DNA of 64,000 nucleotides from Macrostomum lignano (Eukaryota). Below, one piece after another: positions 52,101-64,000 of the stretch. Under the pieces are notes generated by a model that saw nothing but the letters and a program-made list of their open reading frames with translations, did no database searches and was not told where the DNA came from. The stretch's first letter is position 1; each line of letters begins with the position of its first letter. Both the position numbers and the translations under genes were made by a program. The stretch covers positions 174,498-238,497 of the forward strand of contig NIVC01001777.1 in assembly GCA_002269645.1 (NCBI GenBank), given 5' to 3'.

Positions 52101-53659
52101 TGTCACCTTCCCAGTTTTTCCTATGGGCATGGCCTTGGGCTAGGCTAGGGCTAGGCCTAGGTCTATTGGTATTCAGGCCTAGACCATGAGAATTAGGCCC
52201 TAGGCCTAGGCTAGACTCTATGCCTAAAAAACAAGCCTAGGGAACTTGTAATTTACGATTTATAAGCCTGGCCCTGCGTAGATGTAGATCTAAAACCAGC
52301 TCAGTTAAGCCACTAGGCCCCTATAGTTTAACAAAAAAATGGGTATCCATCAAAAAGCTTGAAGTTTTTAATAACATTTCTATCCTTAGATAGACTAGCT
52401 AGTTCGAGTAATCGAGTATAGTTAGACTAGGCATAGAACAAAATAAAAAAGTAGAATGCTGTAAGCTGTTTAGGTTATGCCCATGGCTTTAGTTTGGTTT
52501 CTAATTCTTAGGCCTAACTCTTCGAATGCCAAAATCAACGCCAACGAATATTCATCAATAAAATTATATAGACTTAGTTTTTATATAGATAGTAGGCCTA
52601 CTAGCCCTAGGCCTCCAGCCTAAAGTAAAGTGAAAACATTATTAATGTTCTTTCAATATTCAATATTTATATTACGGTGTATTTTAATATTTGAAACGAT
52701 CGCCTTCACTTTACAAGAAACAATCGTTTACAGTCGTGCTCGCGGTGTGCTCGCACACAAAATGCCTTAAGCTTTAACAACGTAGTCTACTAGTCTGTAA
52801 ACGGTCAAAATTGGTTAATTGAGGTTTCGTAACGGGAAGTTCTCTCCCACGAGAGTTAGACCACGCGAGATTTCTTCTAGCTTAGTTCACTTCGTCGAAC
52901 TTTTCCCACGGTTACAGAGATTTTGCGACCGAGTTTTCACCACCAATCTTTCTACCGATCGAGAGTTTCTCGCGGCCGGATTATATTTTTGTTCTTATTG
53001 CCCAGCCTTTTTCGACTCAGTTCAATTCTTAGTTGCTGATTTTTCATCGAAATCGAAGGTGATTCGGAAAGCGCGCCAGCTGCTGGGAGAATTACATACC
53101 TATTTTGTTCCAGTTACAAGTATCGGACATTGCATGATTTCTAGCACAAAACAAATAAATATTTGGCAAAAGAGTGCGGTTTTCTGGGGAATGATTTTTG
53201 GGGTCCCGGTGGCTGGTTTTAACATAGAAATGAGATGACATACTTGCTAAAGGGTTTTGATAATTGTAATATGCCAATTTAATTTAGCATAATTTTATAT
53301 TTCTTTGTGAAGATCTAAACCTACCTCATGGCAATTCATTGGCCGGTTCTAGCGAACCAAAAATAGCTTAGCTCTTCACCGGTATAATGACGTAAACCTG
53401 TGTCTATAATATGTCTAATAAAAAAGCCAGCAGGCCTTGTATAATGCATGACGTGTACTGCATTTATATAATAAAGAACTAAAAAATGAGTAACTTCTAA
53501 ATTTACCTGTCGTATATAATATTTTTATCTCTCACCATTACGCTCGACGCCCATTACAAACAGAAAAAAGTAATTAAAATAAAACCATCAATTACACCGA
53601 AGCTGCATATATGTGTACATGTATAATATTAATTCAGGTACGATTTTAATGTTATAAAA

Positions 53660-53970
53660 ATTAATAACAATAATTGCTTACTTCATACCTGCCCTACTAC
53701 GTGCAATGGGGCCAATGTGCAACCGACAGCTCAGCCGCAGCTATTGCGCGGCGCATCTCTGAAGGCAGCTGCGTAGGGCTGTTCAGTCAGTAGACTGCTA
53801 TAGGGGGGGAGGGGTCGCCACATCACACCCTCGCAATTATTGGCACATAAAGCAATGCAGAGCTAGTGTGCCTTGCTCAATGACCCAATTTTTTTCGAGT
53901 GAGTCGAGCATCGAACCCCGACCTTTGAGTAGTGAATCCGACACTCATCAAGGACCACTGTAGTACCTCG
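53660..53970 (-). mobile_element. tRNA-derived SINE
   Basis: Minus strand shows an A-box-like GGTACTACAGTGG, a B-box GGTTCGATGC, the TTGAGCAAGGCAC motif typical of tRNA-SINE bodies, and an ATT-rich tail. Confidence 0.6.
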
Positions 53971-55449
53971 TATAACAGCAGGAAATAAAACTAATTTATA
54001 AATTATAAAAATAAACTAAATTGCTAAATTAAAGAAATAATAATAATCTCTATAACCACTCTAACCACCAGGCTACAACCCCCTAATACGAGCTAATAAA
54101 ACAAAAACAATATAAAAAGTATTCATAGCAAATTTATTTTATAGCAGCTGCACCTTAGTGATGGGTTTCAACCTTCCGGCCCCCTTGTGGGGAAGCCTTC
54201 GGGCCTCAGGTCTCAGAAATAAATCAATTAGAGACCTGGCCCCCTGCAGTTCTGTCAGATGGTCAGCCCCATGGTAGCTTGATCGTGTGGCGAGCAGTCT
54301 AGGTCCTATAGATAAGAGAGGGACAGCGAGAGACGAGCAGGGAGAATTTGAAGGTAGAAATTAGTTAATCCGCAGATTAGCTAACTCGCTGCCACCAGCC
54401 CGTACGTCCTGGCTCACCACACCGGGACTCTCGAAATCGGGCTTCCGACTAGAAGGGGCTTTGCACTTACCTGCCAACTAGTGTCTTTTTGCTGTCAATC
54501 TCGAAGTCATAGCCGATGATAAGGGACACTGCTGGGACTAGATCGCATTGGCCATGCAGGTACAGAGGGGACTTTTGCAGGGATTCTTGCAGTGGCGAGT
54601 CTATGGGGTAGCTACATGTAGCTCGTACTATTACATTGCTAAATACGAAGATATGTACTTTTGGCCTTCAACGCGCCAACTAGCCTCTCCTAGCGCTGAT
54701 GATAGGCTAACTCGAACTTCAGAGACCTCGCATGATTCATTACCCGAGCCGCTTGGCTACCCTAGGGTGCACAAAGTACATCTCTGGCGCCGATTCTGCA
54801 CTTCTGGCAGTTTTGCTCACTGATTTGATAGATTGGTCGACTGAGAACTGCCTTGCCATTGGTCCACTGTGACCGGCGCCTACTAGCTTAGCTACTCATC
54901 TGAGCCATCGGCGAACAAAGAAATAAAACCGATAAAAATAACTGTTAGATTTAACCTTTTCCTCAGATCACTTCACACTTCAGATTGAATTGGAGTCTTA
55001 GACTACTAGCAGTATTATTGAATGACTTCTGCCTCAGCAACAGCACTACTGAACAAAAAGAGCAAAAGTGTGCGCCTAATTCAGCTACTAAAATAGGGGA
55101 CAGATAAGGGATCACCCAATCAAGCAAGTCTAGGTAGCCTCTCACCCAACCAATCTGAAACTCAACAGCCGGAGACCAGGTAATCCACAGTGACCGAATC
55201 GGCTTGATGCTTCGCAGCTGTAGACTCGGAATTATGCTGTCACAGTCTTCGCAGATAGCTAGCAGGTGATGGTCTTAACTTTGATGTTCGCTGCTGATGA
55301 CCGGGGACTCGTCCTTGATGATGAGGGGGGAAGTCGCAATCCGGGGATCAAGAAACGACGGTCGCGCTCCGGGATGTATCAAGCTAGGCTAAGGTCCCAG
55401 GAGGTTGGATTCCGAGCGGGCAAAAAATCCGGTTTAAATAGCCGCCAAC

Positions 55450-57200
55450 TGGACCACAGTTTGTTATAATGGAACACGTCGATTCTGATTGGCTGAGCCG
55501 TTTTGTTAAAATGAGCGCCGAATTTTCTGATTGGCTATAAAGCTTGTTGCTACCCAGAATCACGTGACCGGGAGATCCTATCAGTTCCCACAGGGTCGTA
55601 AAAAGATGACAGGTGCGGCCATAAATCAATCAAAATCGCAACAAAATTATTTATGACCTTTCGCGTAGGATTGACAGAAATTAATGAAAAAATATACATT
55701 AGAAAGCTCTTATTAAATAGAAAGTGAAGATAATGAAGAGAAATCACTAATCGCTAATCCCAAGGTACTTTTAGGGGTAAGACGCATAGCTGTCAAAGCT
55801 GTCATACGCTTGAGTGAACACGAACAATAGGCTCTGACCTCATAAATCTTGATGGCCTGTCAAAATGATGAGAAAAAAGCTACCGCCAGCATCCTCCCAG
55901 ACCATCTGGCGCCAGCCTCAACACTGAGTGAGGCGCAGGTGGCTGTCAGACAAACTTTGAAAGCGATGATTTACGACCCAAAAAGCTGCGCCTATGTTAT
56001 TATGACTACTAGTATGACCAGACATTATATCTAGTATAGATTCTAGGACAATTCGCAGAAAAAGAATAAAAATGCCATTAGCCTGCTGTCAGTAGGCTAG
56101 TAAGTTTAGAGCCCATGTGCTAGCGTGGGATTTGGGAAAAAGTGCGTCCTCATCATTAGAATAAAACAACGCGTACTACCATACGTTCGTCCCAGAGTTC
56201 GACCGGTAAAACTACAGGACGAGGTTTTCTACAAGCTGTGTACGCATTTTGGCTTCAGAGGGCGTGAGTGGCTTCGCCAACTGACGAAGGACGCTATTGT
56301 CTTCTCCGAGGAGGCTGGGACTGAGTGTATTGATTTGGTATTGGCTGGTAAAGAGAAGACAACCAACGCTGCTGACCCATGTACAGGAAAGCAGATTAAG
56401 ATGTACGCCACTAATAACCCATTAACTTGTCCTGTTGCTGCCGTGCGCAAGTATATCAGCTTGTTGCCCCCTAGTGTGAGTGATTTGTTTCCAAGACCTC
56501 TGTTAAAGTTCTCCTCGGTACAGTGGTTCAGTGCAACGCAAGTGCTCGGTAAAAACACCCTGAACGACATGATGGCTCGGATTTCTACAAGAGCGAATCT
56601 ATCACAGACCTACACCAATCATTGTCTTCGTGCTACGGTTGTCACGACACTAGCAAACAAGGGCATTTCTGCTGGCGACATTCAATGTGTTACCGTTCAC
56701 AAGAGGCCAGAGTCGGTTCAGAGGTACACAAAGCGGATCTCGCCAGGGAAGAAGCGTCAACTGTCCGATGCTCTGACAATGGATTCTTCGCCGCCTGGTC
56801 CAATCGTTAAACGAGTCACGAGCGACGTCCCACTCCAATCGCCTGATTTTAGCGTTGAGCGTGGCGACCCAAAAGTATCTGATACTGACTGCGAACAAAG
56901 GGACTTTAATGGAGTTCTGCCGACTGCAGTGCTTGAGAAAAATGGATCCCGTGTTCTATTTTTCCTATAAGTGAGTACCTCTGAACGCCATGTACTGTAA
57001 AGACGGCGTGGGTTGCACCACATGACTATATTAAATCGTTACTGTTGTCCTCTTTGTAATGTTGCACTTTTAACGTTTTAAATAAAATCGTTTCAGCTTC
57101 GTCTATGGCCCAGCCCGATATCGGGCAGAGAATGGGCCATTTCTTAAGCAGTTTTGCCCGCAAAATCAAGCAGGAATTACAAAAAATCGCGTAATTTTGC
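55450..57200 (+). mobile_element. Crypton-type tyrosine-recombinase transposon (boundaries approximate)
   Basis: Contains a YR ORF; no TIR or TSD evident; its 5' region recurs at 63650-64000. Confidence 0.65.
56125..56970 (+). CDS. Tyrosine recombinase catalytic domain (Crypton/DUF3504-like); N-terminal part degenerate
   Basis: LQDEVFY..HFGFRGREW, CPVAAVRKY, LGKNTL, YTNHCLRAT (HxxR), VTVHK and SVQRY (Tyr nucleophile). There is no ATG-initiated N-terminus; upstream frames contain stops. Confidence 0.82.
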   Translation: MGFGKKCVLIIRIKQRVLPYVRPRVRPVKLQDEVFYKLCTHFGFRGREWLRQLTKDAIVFSEEAGTECIDLVLAGKEKTTNAADPCTGKQIKMYATNNPLTCPVAAVRKYISLLPPSVSDLFPRPLLKFSSVQWFSATQVLGKNTLNDMMARISTRANLSQTYTNHCLRATVVTTLANKGISAGDIQCVTVHKRPESVQRYTKRISPGKKRQLSDALTMDSSPPGPIVKRVTSDVPLQSPDFSVERGDPKVSDTDCEQRDFNGVLPTAVLEKNGSRVLFFL

Positions 57201-57318
57201 TATACGTACGTGTCTATGGCTGCAATTACTGCGATTTCGTCTTTCCTCATAATTAATGCTTCCATAATTAGTTTGAATTTCAAAGATTGACTCTCGCAAC
57301 AATTGATTACTTGTAAGC

Positions 57319-61988
<4,670 letters not shown>

Positions 61989-62840
61989 AGGCAGCTGAGC
62001 GAGCTAAATATGATTGGTTAACTTTTTCGTTTTAAAACGCGGCATTCCAATTCAGATGAATGTATGGTTCACTCAGTGGATTGCATCTACTTGTTCATTT
62101 TTCCCGCTTATACTCGTAGTCGCAACTTGAGTCAAGTTGTATTTGGTAAACTATATTACAAACTGTATTGAAACCAATGTTTTTTCATACATACATGCAA
62201 AAAGTAGCGGACACCAAAAATGCTCGTGTAAACGTTGAATGTTCTACTTTCTTTGTTACCGCTAATTACGCTTACGAGCTAAATGAGGCAAACTTGGCCC
62301 ATGACTCTAAAACAGATTAGGAATTATCAAAAGGGTTTTAAAGAGCTCCAAGACTCATTGAATAGGTTTGATATGCTTACATAAGAGTACGCGATGAAAT
62401 TTATGATTACTATACGTTTTGCGTTCAATTTGGAGCGACACACGCAGCGGAAACAAGCCAAGCTGAAAGGCATAGTTTGCCATAGACATGTGCAGATAAC
62501 CAGCAAGCAACCAATTTGGTCTAAACTGCGTTTTATTTGGGCTATCTAAAGATTCTCCAAAGGTCGACCAAGCTGATTGTGCCATGTCTCAACATTTCTC
62601 TTGCAGGAGCTGTTCTTGTGCAAAACCAAATTGAACGCAGCTATTTCCAAATTGCTTTCTGCTAAGTCTATGGCCAAACCCTAAGTGGCTGACACCACAG
62701 AACTTACCCAGAATGCTCAATCAGCGAATTTATGAAATTAAACTGCGTAGAGTTAGAGATACGCACAAACTACTAATCGATGAAGAAGCATAAGTAGCCA
62801 TAGACTATTACTCAAACTCAAATGTGTAGCACAAGACCGC

Positions 62841-63557
62841 CTGAATTATATTTTTTTGCGATTGAATTCGTCCAAACTGCAAAACCTTTCGTCCACCAAT
62901 GCTTTCTTAATGGGAGCTTAATTTAGATCATACCACAGACAACTGTGTTCACGCAAAACGGTTCATCCAGTTTGTAAACCATTTTCGTCCCCTAGACTAG
63001 AGACCGAGTGTACTGTTCCTACCATAGTTAACATCCAATTGACAGTTCGCTTTTGCTACCACTACAGCTACAGCAACGCATATCTTCCATTCTGAACCCG
63101 GCAAAACAGTCGAAGATGAACCGAGGCCCCTAGCTCTCTAATCGGCAAGCTGCTGCTGCTGCGAACCTGACTCTGCATGCCTGGCGGATGCACATTTTGA
63201 AGAGAGAGGTCGAAGCTGCACTGCACGTGATTACACAGGAGAAGTGCAGCAATGGACCAATCACACTGTGGGTTACTACGCCGCTGTTTGGACTACGAAG
63301 ACATTTTGAACTAACATTCTAACAAGAGACACTGTTTTTTGCTTTGTTCAATATCTCGTGATATCAAATAAAGTCGCTCGTTTAGCTGTTAGCTGTTTGG
63401 GCGAAGGGTTTAGACGAAATGTTTTACAAACTGGATGAACCGTTTTGCGTGAACACAGTTGTCTATGGTATGATCTAAGTTTAGTTCCATTAAGAAAGCG
63501 TTTGTGGACGAAAGGTTTTGCTGTTTGGACGAATTCAATCGCAAAAAAGTAAGTCAG
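62841..63557. mobile_element. MITE-like element with ~150-bp TIRs
   Basis: 62841-~62990 is the reverse complement of ~63400-63557 with few mismatches; no clear TSD. Confidence 0.78.
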
Positions 63558-63649
63558 TAAACCAGAAACCAGCAATCGAAACGTAAAACATGAAACGTAG
63601 AAACCAGGTAAACTGGAGAATGAAAGTTTTGAAGTGATGCAACAGATCA

Positions 63650-64000
63650 GAAAAATGATTTATGACCTTTCGCGTAGGATTGACAGAAATTAATGAAAAA
63701 ATATACATTAGAAAGCTCTTATTAAATAGAAAGTGAAGATAATGAAGAGAAATCACTAATCGCTAATCCCAAGGTACTTTTAGGGGTAAGACGCATAGCT
63801 GTCAAAGCTGTCATACGCTTGAGTGAACACGAACAATAGGCTCTGACCTCATAAATCTTGATGGCCTGTCAAAATGATGAGAAAAAAGCTACCGCCAGCA
63901 TCCTCCCAGACCCTGGCGCCAGCCTCAACACTGAGTGAGGCGCAGGTGGCTGTCAGACAAAACTTTGAAAGCGATGATTTACGACCCAAAAAGCTGCGCC
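63650..64000 (+). repeat. Near-identical direct copy of 55645-55990 (5' region of the Crypton-like element); runs off the window end
   Basis: About 345 bp identical apart from a 2-bp deletion and a 1-bp insertion. Confidence 0.95.

Noticed and set aside
52819-53238. 139-aa ORF with FLAAGLYF, reminiscent of a BIR domain
   Set aside because: It lacks the CxxC...H...C zinc ligands and starts at a non-ATG codon.
53900-53970. tRNA gene
   Set aside because: A- and B-box-like motifs are present, but I could not fold a cloverleaf, and SINE-type body and tail follow.
54130-55440. Possible retroelement remnant
   Set aside because: GC-richer and coding-like, but I recognised no RT, gag, endonuclease motif or LTR.

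Overview
This is animal (invertebrate-like) genomic DNA with spliceosomal GT-AG introns, not prokaryotic DNA; most long ORFs in the supplied track are artefacts of tandem repeats. All coordinates and alignments were derived by hand. Host genes: (1) HEATR5B on the minus strand, with 15 exons visible between 17270 and 1923 and the 3' end beyond the window; almost every intron carries its own unrelated minisatellite. (2) SPT2 on the plus strand (42519-43745), with a probable first exon at 21185-21271 that implies a 21-kb transposon-filled intron. (3) An unassigned minus-strand ORF at 49564-50175. (4) A five-exon gene (57319-61988) for a type II membrane protein with 3xTSP1, PAN/Apple and EPN-type C-type lectin domains; the lectin part is split by two single-base frameshifts. 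Mobile DNA: a decayed hAT transposon; a foldback/MULE-like element with 9-bp TSD; a 12.9-kb EnSpm/CACTA element with an intact transposase and an intact five-exon accessory gene; several nested MITEs, including 23-82 bp hairpins flanked by TSDs; a tRNA-derived SINE; a Crypton-type tyrosine recombinase whose 5' region recurs 8 kb downstream; and further MITEs.
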